Shown here in pieces: positions 1 to 10,150 of a stretch of DNA of 64,000 bases (within the stretch, counting starts at the first letter, position 1; the number at the start of each line of letters is the position of its first letter). A program made the position numbers and the translations under genes. Below the pieces are notes generated by a model that saw only the letters and a program-made list of their open reading frames with translations, did no database searches and was not told the origin of the DNA. Source of the DNA: a virus. Its lineage: Duplodnaviria > Caudoviricetes. The stretch is from positions 32,001 through 96,000 of the IMG/VR virus record IMGVR_UViG_3300032225_001145, one strand, 5' to 3'.

Positions 1-42
1 TGTGCCGAACACGGTGCTAACTCTGCTATCTATGAGGGTTAA
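1..42 (+). CDS. 3' end of probable QueD / 6-pyruvoyl-tetrahydropterin synthase-like protein (partial)
   Basis: Frame 1 reads CAEHGANSAIYEG*, resembling the E-x-x-x-N-S-A C-terminus of QueD-like proteins; QueE lies downstream. Confidence 0.5.
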   Translation, partial: CAEHGANSAIYEG

Positions 43-44
43 AT

Positions 45-302
45 ATGCGTGAACAAAAAAAGATAAATGAAATATTAGATTTGCTACAAGAAGAATGTGG
101 TGAAGTAGTGCAGATGGTTAGCAAAGCCAGACGTTTTGGATTGGAAGAAAAACGCGAAGATCTAGTAAAAGAACTAGGCGATGTATCACTTTTAATTGAA
201 TTGTTACACGCTTATCAACTTTTTACCGAATCAGAACTACAAGAAGCTAAATTAAACAAGAGCAAAAAACTAGCTAAATGGTCCACCATCTACGAAGACT
301 AA
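45..302 (+). CDS. MazG-like nucleotide pyrophosphohydrolase domain protein
   Basis: QEECGEVVQ...KELGDV all-alpha NTP-PPase motif. Confidence 0.7.
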   Translation: MREQKKINEILDLLQEECGEVVQMVSKARRFGLEEKREDLVKELGDVSLLIELLHAYQLFTESELQEAKLNKSKKLAKWSTIYED

Positions 303-360
303 GAAATTATTAAGTACCTATATTATCCAGTAAATAGTTCTAACTGTACAAAGGATAATA

Positions 361-1188
361 ATGGCAAAGTCCAAAAACGATTACAAAATAGCGGTGCTAC
401 TTCCTACAAGAGGTAGAACTACAGCACTACAACTTAGCATTGTTAGTGTTTTCAACAGAGTGCTTGACCTAGACGATGTTCAATTATTATTAGGTTTTGA
501 TAACGATGACGAAGTTGGATTAAAATACTTTGCTGACACTATTCAACCTTGGATGGACGAAAAAGGTATTCATTATACGGTAATGCAATTCGAGCCTATG
601 GGTTATATTGGATTAAATCGTTATTATAACGGCTTGGCAGAGCAAGCATCAGCTGATTGGTTATTTGTTTGGAATGATGATGCTCTCATGGAAACAACTG
701 GGTGGGACAAAATTGTCGACAAACATACAGGCGAGTTCAAACTATTAAAAATCCATGTACACAGAGAACATCCTTATTCAATTTTTCCTATCCTACCTAA
801 AGAATGGTATGATTTATTTGGATTCATGTCTCGCCATCAAATGACTGATGCCGAGTTAAGTCAAATTGCTTATATGCTGGACTTAATGGAAATTGTGGAA
901 ATTTATGCTACTCACGATAGACACGATTTAACTGGAAGCAATGCCGACAGTACATATAAGAATCGTGTAATGCTCGAAGGTAATCCAAACAATCCAGCAG
1001 ATTTTCATCATAATTCATTTGGCAATGCTAGATTAGTAGATGCTGAAAAAATTTCCCTTCACTTAGCATCTAAAGGTAAAGATGTTAGCTTCTGGACTAA
1101 TGTTAAATTAGGCACTCAAGATCCTTTTGAAAAAATGAAAAAGAACGATATCAATAAACAAATGGTACATAGCGTATGGCAAAAATAA
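361..1188 (+). CDS. Glycosyltransferase (GT-A / family 2-like)
   Basis: LLPTRGR N-terminus, FDNDD and WNDD (DxD-like) motifs; first gene of a sugar operon. Confidence 0.75.
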   Translation: MAKSKNDYKIAVLLPTRGRTTALQLSIVSVFNRVLDLDDVQLLLGFDNDDEVGLKYFADTIQPWMDEKGIHYTVMQFEPMGYIGLNRYYNGLAEQASADWLFVWNDDALMETTGWDKIVDKHTGEFKLLKIHVHREHPYSIFPILPKEWYDLFGFMSRHQMTDAELSQIAYMLDLMEIVEIYATHDRHDLTGSNADSTYKNRVMLEGNPNNPADFHHNSFGNARLVDAEKISLHLASKGKDVSFWTNVKLGTQDPFEKMKKNDINKQMVHSVWQK

Positions 1189-2405
1189 CTGAAAGCACAC
1201 ATTTAGATCGTTGTTTAATTACAGGCGAGTTTGTCACAAAAATTTTAGATTTTGGACAGCATGCCTATGCTGATACCTTTATTGCCGAAGATCAAGTTCA
1301 TATGTCTGAACCTGTATTTCCGTTACAATTATTATTAAATCCTAGCTCAGGTCAAATACAATTAGGTTATGTTAGTGATGCCGAAGATCGTTATAACTTG
1401 TACAGTTATAGTTATACATCTTCTAATTCGCAAACAGCTAGACACCACTGGGACGAATATGCTAACACTATCAAAAACAAATACAACACCAGAGGGTTGG
1501 TAGTAGAAATTGGTAGTAATGATGCTTATCTAATTAAACAGTTTCAAGATAAAGATACTACTGTATTGGGCATTGATTCATCACAAACTATGTGTGACAT
1601 TGCCAAAGAGAAAGGTGTTGAATCTTTGGCCGCATTATTCAATATCGATACGGCTGTTGAAGTAGCAGAAGAACACGGCAAAGCCGCAGTCATCATAGCT
1701 AACAATGTATTCAACCATGCTAACGATCCTGTTAATTTTGCGTCAGGTGTTGCTCAATTATTGGATAAAGATGGTATCTTTGTTTTTGAATTACCTTATT
1801 GGGCTAGCATGATTGACAGCGGACGATTTGTTGATATGGTATACCACGAACATATTTCTTACTTTACTATCAAGAGTGCTTGGAATCTATTACAACAAGT
1901 TGGACTGGACATTGTAGATTTTGATATTGTTGACTATCACGGTGGTAGTATTAGAGTAGTTGCTAAACATACTAGTAATAATGGCATGCCATTTTTAGTG
2001 CGCGGTGCTATCGAAAATGAAACTGTTATGGGGTTATTTGATCCCGAGTTTTACGCTCAACTACAAGAGAAATTCATCAAACAGCGCAACGAGTGGTTAC
2101 TTAAATTTTATCAACTTTTAGCGGAGGAGCCCGATGCTGTTATTATTGGGGTAGGAGCAGCTGCCAAAGCTAATACTTGGTTGACTTGGCACAAATTAGA
2201 TAAGACAGTATTAAATTGTATTACTGATGCTAGCCAATTTAAACAAGGAAAATATACTCCACTAAGTCGTATTCCTATTCGTAGTGATGATGAATTTGCT
2301 CGACACGAAAAACCATACGCACTAGTATTAAGCTGGAATATAGGCGAGCCATTAAGACAAGCTCTACTAAGCATTAACCCTAACACAAGGTTTATTTCAC
2401 AATGA
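1176..2405 (+). CDS. NDP-hexose C-methyltransferase-like (class I SAM)
   Basis: VVEIGSNDA, ANNVFNH, YHEHISYF, HGGSIR, GAAAKANT, VLSWN motifs of sugar C3-methyltransferases. Confidence 0.85.
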   Translation: MAKITESTHLDRCLITGEFVTKILDFGQHAYADTFIAEDQVHMSEPVFPLQLLLNPSSGQIQLGYVSDAEDRYNLYSYSYTSSNSQTARHHWDEYANTIKNKYNTRGLVVEIGSNDAYLIKQFQDKDTTVLGIDSSQTMCDIAKEKGVESLAALFNIDTAVEVAEEHGKAAVIIANNVFNHANDPVNFASGVAQLLDKDGIFVFELPYWASMIDSGRFVDMVYHEHISYFTIKSAWNLLQQVGLDIVDFDIVDYHGGSIRVVAKHTSNNGMPFLVRGAIENETVMGLFDPEFYAQLQEKFIKQRNEWLLKFYQLLAEEPDAVIIGVGAAAKANTWLTWHKLDKTVLNCITDASQFKQGKYTPLSRIPIRSDDEFARHEKPYALVLSWNIGEPLRQALLSINPNTRFISQ

Positions 2406-2815
2406 AACATTATAACATTTACGATAACAAAGAAGAAGGCTTGGGTAAGTTTTCCGATGACCGCGGTTCTATCACTGACATTTTTTATAAATCAAATATG
2501 AATCATGCTTGTATTATTACTAATGCCGCAGGCGCTGTACGTGGTAATCACTATCATAAATTTACTACACAATATACCTATGTACTAGCAGGATCATTAA
2601 ACTACTATTCTAAGCCAGTTGATGGCGATCAGCCAGCTGATGTTTATACCGCTGTACCAGGAGATATGATTATCAGTGCTCCTAATGAAATCCATACATT
2701 AGAATCAGGCGATGACGGTAGTGTCTTTTTGGCATTTGCCGAAGGCCCGCGCGGTGGCGAAGACTACGAGAATGATACATTCCGCGTAGATTCTATTATT
2801 CCAGCACATGACTAA
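2402..2815 (+). CDS. Cupin-fold sugar epimerase/isomerase (RmlC/FdtA-like)
   Basis: DDRGSI, VRGNHYH, PNEIH cupin motifs. Confidence 0.8.
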   Translation: MKHYNIYDNKEEGLGKFSDDRGSITDIFYKSNMNHACIITNAAGAVRGNHYHKFTTQYTYVLAGSLNYYSKPVDGDQPADVYTAVPGDMIISAPNEIHTLESGDDGSVFLAFAEGPRGGEDYENDTFRVDSIIPAHD

Positions 2816-3407
2816 AAGGGTAGTTATATTCGGCGCTTCGGGCGGTATAGGCTCTGCTACTTGCGAAGCATTTAAGAATGCCGGATATATTGTTACTCCT
2901 ATTGCTGGCAGACAAATTAATTTTGTTTATTTGGCTAGCCATTCTGATGTGGATGATGTGCTAGAACAAGTAGAACCAGACATTATTGTAAATTGTGTTG
3001 GTCATTTTGACAAGACTAATAAAGAAACTCATTGTAATACATTTGATATTAATGTTGGGTCTAACTGGTCAATTATTCGACATTATATTAATAAAGAAGG
3101 TAGCAACAAACCTATAAAAATTATTATGGTAGGATCAAGCGCATATAAGTCTGGGCGTAAAGATTATATTTTATACGCCGCCAGTAAAGCAGCACTATAT
3201 AATGTATGGCAAGGTGCCTGCGAATACTTTAAAGACAGTAATATTACTTTAGGGTTGATTAATCCAGTAAGAACTCGCACCAAAATGATTGATATCAAAA
3301 CTTCAGCTATATGTTTAGAACCTGAAGATGTAGCAAAAGAAATATTAAGTATGGCATCAAACAAGAGTAATCAACTTGTTGATATGGACTATCCAGAGGA
3401 GAATTAA
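2808..3407 (+). CDS. SDR family oxidoreductase
   Basis: GASGGIG nucleotide-binding motif; YAASK catalytic motif. Confidence 0.9.
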   Translation: MTKRVVIFGASGGIGSATCEAFKNAGYIVTPIAGRQINFVYLASHSDVDDVLEQVEPDIIVNCVGHFDKTNKETHCNTFDINVGSNWSIIRHYINKEGSNKPIKIIMVGSSAYKSGRKDYILYAASKAALYNVWQGACEYFKDSNITLGLINPVRTRTKMIDIKTSAICLEPEDVAKEILSMASNKSNQLVDMDYPEEN

Positions 3408-4181
3408 ATGAAGATTGGGTTAATAGGAAAAGGTACTGTAGGTAAAGCAGTTTACGAAGGTTTGAACCATTTGGGTCACCAAATGAGTTTCTTTGATCCA
3501 GCATACGAAGGATCAACATTACAAGATGTATTAGACACAGAATGCGTTTTTATCTGTGTTCCAACTAATCAAGCATCAAATGGTGATTGCGACACAAGTA
3601 TCGTAGAAAAAGTAGTTGGTGAATTAAATGACGCTGGTTACAAAGGTCTAGTTGGTCTTAAAAGTACTTGTGTTCCAGGTACTTGCGATAAACTATCAGC
3701 GCAATACCCTAGCTTACGTATCTGTTCAGTTCCAGAATTCCTCCGTGCTAAAACAGCACTAGCCGACTTTATGTATAATCATGATTTGTTAGTAATTGGT
3801 AGTAATCGTGATGAGGATTTCATTATTGTTAAAGCTATACACGGTAAATTACCGCAAAATGTTGCTTGTGTCAAACCAGCAGAAGCAGAAGTAATTAAAT
3901 ATTTTAACAATGTAAATCATTCTGTACAGATTATTTTTGCTAATATAGCATATGATGTATGTAAGGCATTGGGAGTAGATTATAACAATGTCTACGAAGC
4001 AATTATCAAACGTGAATGTTTCAATCCAGCATATTTGATGTGCAATGATAATCTGCGTGGATTTGGCGGACATTGTTTGCCTAAGGACACAAGTGCTTGG
4101 GCTAATTTGGTCAAGAATTTAGGTTTAAATTATTCTATGATTGATGCTGTACAAGAAGATAATAAAGGTTTGTCTAAATGA
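3408..4181 (+). CDS. UDP-glucose/GDP-mannose dehydrogenase family protein (short form)
   Basis: GKGTVG, ICVPT, KSTCVPGT, PEFLR, GFGGHCLPKD. Confidence 0.9.
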   Translation: MKIGLIGKGTVGKAVYEGLNHLGHQMSFFDPAYEGSTLQDVLDTECVFICVPTNQASNGDCDTSIVEKVVGELNDAGYKGLVGLKSTCVPGTCDKLSAQYPSLRICSVPEFLRAKTALADFMYNHDLLVIGSNRDEDFIIVKAIHGKLPQNVACVKPAEAEVIKYFNNVNHSVQIIFANIAYDVCKALGVDYNNVYEAIIKRECFNPAYLMCNDNLRGFGGHCLPKDTSAWANLVKNLGLNYSMIDAVQEDNKGLSK

Positions 4182-5077
4182 GTAAAATACTTGTAACAGG
4201 TGCTAGTGGATTATTAGGTACAGAATTTTGCCGTCAGCTTAAAGAAGCTGGGCATGAAGTTTGGGCTGTAGATAATCATAGTCGTAGTACATCAATTCCG
4301 CCATGTGATCAATGGGTTAAGATGGACTTACTAAACAATGGTGCTTTTACAGGATATGTAGAATTGCCTACAGATTTTGATTATATCTATCACTATGGAG
4401 CTATCAATGGTACAACAAACTTCTATAAGATGCCTAACAAGGTATTGACGAATAACTTTATTTCTGACATTAACATTTTTGAGTTTGCTCGAAAATGCCC
4501 TAATCTCAAGCGTATTGTGTATGCGTCGAGTAGTGAAATTGTATCTGATGATCCTATGTCACCAGTTCCAGAAAACGCAGACGTGTTTATTAAAGATATT
4601 CATAACGCTCGCTGGAGTTATCGTTTGGCTAAGATTACCAGTGAAAACTATTTGGCTAATTCAGACTTACCTTATGTTATGATTCGTTACTTTAATGTTT
4701 ACGGCGAAAACTCAAAGCAAGGCCACTTCTTAGGTGATCAAATCAATAAGATTAAAAATGGTACCTTCTCTGTAATTGGAGCACAAGAAACCCGTTCATT
4801 TTGTCATGTTAGCGATGCTATTCGTGCTAGCATCTATGTAGCCGAAAATTGTAATCGTGAATTGGTTAACGTCGGAAATGATCGCGAAATATCAATTGGC
4901 GATGCTGTTAAAGTTATTGCCGCAGTAATGGGTCATCCAGATGCCGAATTTGAACAATTACCTAGCATGCCTGGTTCTGTGGCTAATCGTCGTCCAGACA
5001 TTAGCAAATTGCGTTCCATTATGCCCGACTATACTCCTATGAGTTTTGAAGAAGGTATTCGGCAAATCCTAAGTTGA
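4178..5077 (+). CDS. NAD-dependent epimerase/dehydratase
   Basis: TGASGLLG, YASSSE, YRLAK, RYFNVYG, RRPDISK. Confidence 0.9.
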   Translation: MSKILVTGASGLLGTEFCRQLKEAGHEVWAVDNHSRSTSIPPCDQWVKMDLLNNGAFTGYVELPTDFDYIYHYGAINGTTNFYKMPNKVLTNNFISDINIFEFARKCPNLKRIVYASSSEIVSDDPMSPVPENADVFIKDIHNARWSYRLAKITSENYLANSDLPYVMIRYFNVYGENSKQGHFLGDQINKIKNGTFSVIGAQETRSFCHVSDAIRASIYVAENCNRELVNVGNDREISIGDAVKVIAAVMGHPDAEFEQLPSMPGSVANRRPDISKLRSIMPDYTPMSFEEGIRQILS

Positions 5078-5102
5078 CAAATTTCCTTAGATAGTATATA
5101 AT
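5074..5102 (+). promoter_or_regulatory. Sigma70-type promoter
   Basis: TTGACA-17nt-TATAAT consensus. Confidence 0.8.
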
Positions 5103-5131
5103 ATCTAAATATACTACTCTATAGGAACACA

Positions 5132-5653
5132 ATGAAAAAAGTATTTTTAACTTGGCAGGATGTTGAAGGTTATTGCCAAGAAATCTTGCGTCAAATTCAA
5201 CAAGATGGTTGGCTCCCAGATTATGTAGTTGGACTTACCCGCGGTGGATTGGTGCCAGCCAATCTTATTAGCCAATATTTAAATATCCCAATGGAAACTC
5301 TTAAAGTAAGCCTGCGGGATGACAGTAGCCAACCCGAAAGTAACTTATGGATGGCCGAAGATGCGTTTGGTGATAATGAAAATGGCGGCAAGAAAATTCT
5401 TATTGTCGATGATATCAATGATACTGGCGCCACACTAAATTATATTAAACAAGATTGGCAAAGTAGTTGTTTATCAACTGACGAACGATGGTTGACTGAC
5501 ATTTGGGGTAATAATGTTCGTGTAGCAGTATTATATGATAACGAAGCAAGTAAATCAGAGCTTGACATTTCTTATTCTAGTGTTACAATAAACAAAGCAG
5601 AAGAAGATCAATGGATCGTCTTTCCATGGGAAAATTGGTGGAGCAATAAATGA
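5132..5653 (+). CDS. Type I phosphoribosyltransferase (purine PRT-like)
   Basis: GLTRGGLVPA, ILIVDDINDTGAT PRPP loop, WIVFPWE. Confidence 0.9.
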   Translation: MKKVFLTWQDVEGYCQEILRQIQQDGWLPDYVVGLTRGGLVPANLISQYLNIPMETLKVSLRDDSSQPESNLWMAEDAFGDNENGGKKILIVDDINDTGATLNYIKQDWQSSCLSTDERWLTDIWGNNVRVAVLYDNEASKSELDISYSSVTINKAEEDQWIVFPWENWWSNK

Positions 5654-6504
5654 GCAAATTAAAAATAGCAGAACTATTTTATAGTATTCAAGGTGAAGGT
5701 CGCTATATGGGCGTACCTAGTGTTTTCTTACGCACATTCGGTTGTAATTTTAAATGTGCTGGATTTGGTATGCCTAAAGGACAATTAAGTACAGAAGTAG
5801 AAGATATTGCTGAAGTTGTTCATTTGTATAACAAATATGAAGAATTACCACTTGTTAGTACAGGGTGTGATAGTTATGCAAGTTGGGATCCACGCTTTAA
5901 AGATCTAAGTCCATTATTGGAAACAGATCTTATTGCTGAACGAATTATGGAAATACTTCCATTCGGCCAATGGTGTACTGAACACTTAGTTATCACAGGC
6001 GGCGAGCCATTGCTAGGTTGGCAGCGAGCTTATCCAGACTTATTGAAACATCCGCTTATGTTAAATTTGCGTGAGATTACTTTTGAAACAAATGGTACTC
6101 AAAAATTAACAGCAGAGTTTAAAAACTTTTTAATTAACTGGCAATTAGACGGAGCAGGTAAACCTAGACAAGTTACATTCTCTGTCAGTGCTAAGTTAAG
6201 TTGTTCAGGCGAGTTGCGTGAAGATGCTATTAAGCCTGAAGTTGTTTGTGACTACCAAGATGTAGGTTACACTTATTTAAAATTTGTAGTAGCCACAGAG
6301 GAAGATGCCGAAGAAGCATTAACTGTAACACAACTTTATCAAACAGCTGGATTTAAAGGCCCAGTATACTTAATGCCAGTCGGTGGAGTAGAAAGTGTAT
6401 ATGCCTTAAATAATCGACGAGTAGCTGAGTTAGCTATGGCAAATGGATTACGATATAGTGATAGACTACAAGTGCCATTGTTTAAAAATGAATGGGGTAC
6501 TTAA
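5650..6504 (+). CDS. queE: 7-carboxy-7-deazaguanine synthase-like radical SAM protein
   Basis: ELFYSIQGEG, FLRTFGCNFKC...GCDS, ITGGEPL, ETNGT. Confidence 0.85.
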   Translation: MSKLKIAELFYSIQGEGRYMGVPSVFLRTFGCNFKCAGFGMPKGQLSTEVEDIAEVVHLYNKYEELPLVSTGCDSYASWDPRFKDLSPLLETDLIAERIMEILPFGQWCTEHLVITGGEPLLGWQRAYPDLLKHPLMLNLREITFETNGTQKLTAEFKNFLINWQLDGAGKPRQVTFSVSAKLSCSGELREDAIKPEVVCDYQDVGYTYLKFVVATEEDAEEALTVTQLYQTAGFKGPVYLMPVGGVESVYALNNRRVAELAMANGLRYSDRLQVPLFKNEWGT

Positions 6505-6505
6505 T

Positions 6506-6877
6506 ATGTTAGAAAAATTAAAAGGTTTGTTTAAAAAGAAAAAGATTGCATCAGTAGCACAAGAGCAAACTAAATCAGCTAAACAAATTGCTACTGATAA
6601 AGGCGAGGCATATTTTGCGGTATTAAGCATGGAACTTGATCCTAATGATATCAATAATGGCGCATTTGAATTTGATTGGAACGACAAGATGATTGCTGAT
6701 TTAGTACGGCATGGTTATATGATGAATCCTAAAGATACCGATGCTGATATTATTGACCGTTGGTTTACAGCAGTATGTCGTAATGTAGTATTAGAAACAG
6801 CAGAACAATACGAAGCTATGAACAATCGTGTAGTTAAAACTCGCGATGTAGGCGATGGCAGGAGTGAAGTAAGTTGA
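6506..6877 (+). CDS. Hypothetical protein
   Basis: ORF packed between queE and the next gene; ATG at 6506 is the likely start. Confidence 0.7.
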   Translation: MLEKLKGLFKKKKIASVAQEQTKSAKQIATDKGEAYFAVLSMELDPNDINNGAFEFDWNDKMIADLVRHGYMMNPKDTDADIIDRWFTAVCRNVVLETAEQYEAMNNRVVKTRDVGDGRSEVS

Positions 6878-7350
6878 TTTTTAATCACATACGCAGATTA
6901 ACAGACGAAGGGAAAAAAATTGGTATCACTTTTTCGACGTTTGACATGTTGCACGCAGGACATATTGCTATGTTGTCCGAAGCAAAAAATCATTGTGATT
7001 ATTTAATCTGCGGATTACAAACAGATCCTACTATTGATCGTCCCGATACTAAAAACAAACCTGTACAAAGTATTGTAGAACGACAAATCCAATTAGCCGC
7101 TTGTCGTTATGTAGACGAAGTAGTAGTTTACCAAACTGAACAAGACTTAATTGACTTGTTATTAATACTACCTATTGATATTCGTGTACTAGGCATTGAA
7201 TACGAGGACAAAGAATTTACTGGAAAAAACGAATGTTATCGTCGTGATATTGAATGTATATTCAACGGCCGTGACCATAGTTTCAGTTCCAGTAGTCTTC
7301 GCAAACGAGTAGCAGAAGCAGAAACTATCAAGGCGTTAAAACAAAAATGA
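6874..7350 (+). CDS. Cytidylyltransferase (TagD-like)
   Basis: TFDMLHAGH (HxGH), RYVDEVV, SSSSLR. Confidence 0.85.
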   Translation: MIFNHIRRLTDEGKKIGITFSTFDMLHAGHIAMLSEAKNHCDYLICGLQTDPTIDRPDTKNKPVQSIVERQIQLAACRYVDEVVVYQTEQDLIDLLLILPIDIRVLGIEYEDKEFTGKNECYRRDIECIFNGRDHSFSSSSLRKRVAEAETIKALKQK

Positions 7351-7889
7351 TGCTATATGTAAACGGTGATAGCCATACCACTGCCGCCGAAGCAGTTAAT
7401 CAATTTATTGTAGCTGGCGAAGATCAAAAGTTTTTACATTTAGGACCCTTGCCACATCCTGAAAACTTAGCAGTAAGTTGGGGGAAAATGCTGAGCTTAT
7501 CGCTTAGAGTAGCATTTCATTGTGCTGCTTATTCAAATAATACCGTAGATAAAATAATAGAAGATACAAAAAAATATATTGAAGAAAAAGGTTCTGCTGA
7601 TTTAGTAATTATACAATGGCCAGCTACCGCCCAAGACGAAGATATAATTTTTCAATTTCACCAAGAGTTACTAGATCAAAATATCAAACATATATTTTTT
7701 ACCAATACTCAAACTTTTAGCTTAGATCGGGATTGGAGTAATTGTTTTATTAGAGTTCCATACGAAAATTATATCAAAGATGAAAAAATTGATACTATTT
7801 CACCAAATTCCAAACATTTTGGCAAAGACGGACATGCTGTTTGGAACCGTTTACTTATAAATTATATCATTGCCCACAAATTCATTTGA
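7347..7889 (+). CDS. SGNH/GDSL-like hypothetical protein
   Basis: NGDSHT block I and terminal H-F-G-x-x-G-H. Confidence 0.5.
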   Translation: MMLYVNGDSHTTAAEAVNQFIVAGEDQKFLHLGPLPHPENLAVSWGKMLSLSLRVAFHCAAYSNNTVDKIIEDTKKYIEEKGSADLVIIQWPATAQDEDIIFQFHQELLDQNIKHIFFTNTQTFSLDRDWSNCFIRVPYENYIKDEKIDTISPNSKHFGKDGHAVWNRLLINYIIAHKFI

Positions 7890-7914
7890 CATTTAATACA
7901 ATTCCTGCTATACT
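7886..7914 (+). promoter_or_regulatory. Sigma70-type promoter (probably leaderless transcript)
   Basis: TTGACA-17nt-TATACT, ATG 6 nt after the -10 box. Confidence 0.75.
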
Positions 7915-7920
7915 GTTTGT

Positions 7921-8922
7921 ATGAAATATGTTCTTATAGATACCGCTAATCTTTTCTTTCGTGCTAGGCATGGGGCATTCCGTGCTAGTGATACTTGGGA
8001 AAAAATAGGATTTGCCCTCCATGTTACTTTAATGGCTGCCAACAAAATGGCTCGCAGATTTGAAGCAGATCATGTGGTTTTTGCCTTAGAAGGGCGTAGT
8101 TGGCGTAAGGACTTTTACAAACCGTACAAAGCCAATCGTACTGTAGCTAGACAAGCTCTTACAGAAGCTGAAGCGGAAGAAGATAAAATGTTTTGGGAAA
8201 CCTATGATTCCTTGACTAAATACTTGTCCGAAAAGACCAATTGTAGCGTAATACAATGCCCAACAGCAGAGGGTGATGATATTATAGCTCGTTGGATAGC
8301 ATTACATCCACAGGACGAACATGTCATTATTAGTAGCGATACTGATTTTGTTCAGTTATTAGCAAAAAATGTCAAGCAGTACAATGGAATTACCGACGAA
8401 TTACATACAGTAGAAGGAATCTTTGATGCTAAAGGAAAACAAGTCATCGACAAGAAGACTAAGGAACCTAAAACGGTGCCGGACCCACAGTGGTTACTTT
8501 TTGAGAAGTGCATGCGAGGCGATTCGTCTGACAATGTTTTTTCAGCGTTTCCTGGAGTGCGTACAAAAGGCACCAAGAACAAAGTTGGTTTACAGGAAGC
8601 GTATGCTGATAAAGACAAAAAAGGATATAACTGGAACAATATGATGTTACAGCGTTGGACGGATCCAGAAGGTGTAGAGCATAGAGTATTAGACGACTAT
8701 GTCCGTAATGTAACCTTAGTAGATTTAACCGCACAACCAGAAGAAGTAAAAGCAGTAGTAGATGCTACTATACGAGAACAAATTAGTCACAAAGATGTAG
8801 GCCAAGTAGGAGTAAGGTTTTTACAATTCTGTGGCAAGTACGAATTGAATAAGTGTAGTGAGTCAGCGGAGACATTTGGTAGTTGGTTAAATGAAACCTA
8901 TAAAGGAGTATTGAATGGTTAA
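7921..8922 (+). CDS. 5'-3' exonuclease / T4 RNase H-like flap endonuclease
   Basis: LIDTANLFFR, SWRKDFYKPYKANR, EGDDII, SSDTDFVQL, GDSSDNV. Confidence 0.9.
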   Translation: MKYVLIDTANLFFRARHGAFRASDTWEKIGFALHVTLMAANKMARRFEADHVVFALEGRSWRKDFYKPYKANRTVARQALTEAEAEEDKMFWETYDSLTKYLSEKTNCSVIQCPTAEGDDIIARWIALHPQDEHVIISSDTDFVQLLAKNVKQYNGITDELHTVEGIFDAKGKQVIDKKTKEPKTVPDPQWLLFEKCMRGDSSDNVFSAFPGVRTKGTKNKVGLQEAYADKDKKGYNWNNMMLQRWTDPEGVEHRVLDDYVRNVTLVDLTAQPEEVKAVVDATIREQISHKDVGQVGVRFLQFCGKYELNKCSESAETFGSWLNETYKGVLNG

Positions 8923-9097
8923 GGAGGCTTTACAAACAACAATCTGCATTGCATTTTGTCTTGCGTTTGTATTATGGTTTTCATGGCCAGATTATAATCA
9001 ACACATGACCGTAAGATACGATTGTAGTATAGCAGAGATTAGTCCCGACTATCCTGTAGCTGTAAAAGAAGCGTGTAGAAAAAGGATATCTAAATGA
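8915..9097 (+). CDS. Small membrane-anchored protein
   Basis: N-terminal hydrophobic stretch, two Cys; overlaps both neighbours. Confidence 0.6.
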   Translation: MVKEALQTTICIAFCLAFVLWFSWPDYNQHMTVRYDCSIAEISPDYPVAVKEACRKRISK

Positions 9098-9543
9098 GTT
9101 TAGTAGCTAAACCAGTAATTGATAAACAGTTTTGGATTTTACAAGAAGATAATAATAAAGTAGGTAACATAGAAGCCTGTGATGGTGGTTATCAAGTTAA
9201 AATTAATAATCAAATTGTAGCACAGTACAAGACCATTAAATTAGTCGAAAGAAATATTAATGTTCACTTTGAAACAGTTGCTAAACCTTCAAAAAAGAAA
9301 CCTACCAATATAGTGCACGGTTATCCAGCGGCAGGTCGTGTGTATAATCCTATGTGGGACGTTCCACAAAAGTTACCAGTCTATACTAAAACAAAGAAAA
9401 GTAAATCATGGTATGCGGCTGGCTGGTATACTGTGAGACAAGGACGCCATTGGCAAGCTCAACAAGATCCTAAATTAATCGTACTACAACGATATCCTTA
9501 CAAGGGACCATTCCTAACTGAAGAAGAGGCACAATCAAAATGA
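9094..9543 (+). CDS. Hypothetical protein
   Basis: 149-aa ORF with RBS, overlapping neighbours. Confidence 0.7.
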   Translation: MSLVAKPVIDKQFWILQEDNNKVGNIEACDGGYQVKINNQIVAQYKTIKLVERNINVHFETVAKPSKKKPTNIVHGYPAAGRVYNPMWDVPQKLPVYTKTKKSKSWYAAGWYTVRQGRHWQAQQDPKLIVLQRYPYKGPFLTEEEAQSK

Positions 9544-9914
9544 CAAATATGTTTCGCGATCAAGATAAATTCATGACCGCTTGCGAGCAAACAATCTCCG
9601 GCATGAACGACGAACAATTTAAAATGTACTGTAATTTGATTACAGAAGAATACGATGAACTTCGCGTGGCCATTGCCAACAAGAATCAAGTTGAAACATT
9701 AGATGCGTTGGTTGATATTTTAGTTGTTACCATTGGCGCTATCAATTCTATGGGCGCAGATGGCGAAGGAGCATGGCGGGAGGTCATGGCCACTAACTTT
9801 GCTAAGATTGATAGACAGTTAGGTAAAGTACGCCGTCGTGAAGATGGTAAAATCCTCAAACCAGAAGGTTGGGAACCACCTAAGTTAGAGAACTTTTTAA
9901 AGAGAGAACATTGA
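9540..9914 (+). CDS. MazG-like / PRA-PH family nucleotide pyrophosphohydrolase
   Basis: LITEEYDEL, DALVDILVV, NFAK, REDGKILKPEGW. Confidence 0.85.
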   Translation: MTNMFRDQDKFMTACEQTISGMNDEQFKMYCNLITEEYDELRVAIANKNQVETLDALVDILVVTIGAINSMGADGEGAWREVMATNFAKIDRQLGKVRRREDGKILKPEGWEPPKLENFLKREH

Positions 9915-10120
9915 GTATACACTTACAAAAATTCATTGAAAGAGTCCGGGCTAACGATGCTCGAGGCGGCAAGGATTTTGTTATGCCCATGAAGGATGCT
10001 AAGGGTATGGCAGCCGATTTAACCGAACTATTGTTAGAACTTAGGGCTTTTCAGACTGCTATTTTAAAAGAACAGCAAAATCAAGTACTAGAAATCAAGA
10101 TTGACGGTGGGAAGTTTTAA
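9911..10120 (+). CDS. Hypothetical protein
   Basis: ORF in operon. Confidence 0.6.
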   Translation: MSIHLQKFIERVRANDARGGKDFVMPMKDAKGMAADLTELLLELRAFQTAILKEQQNQVLEIKIDGGKF

Positions 10121-10150
10121 TATGAGTATATTATGGCTAAATAATATACT

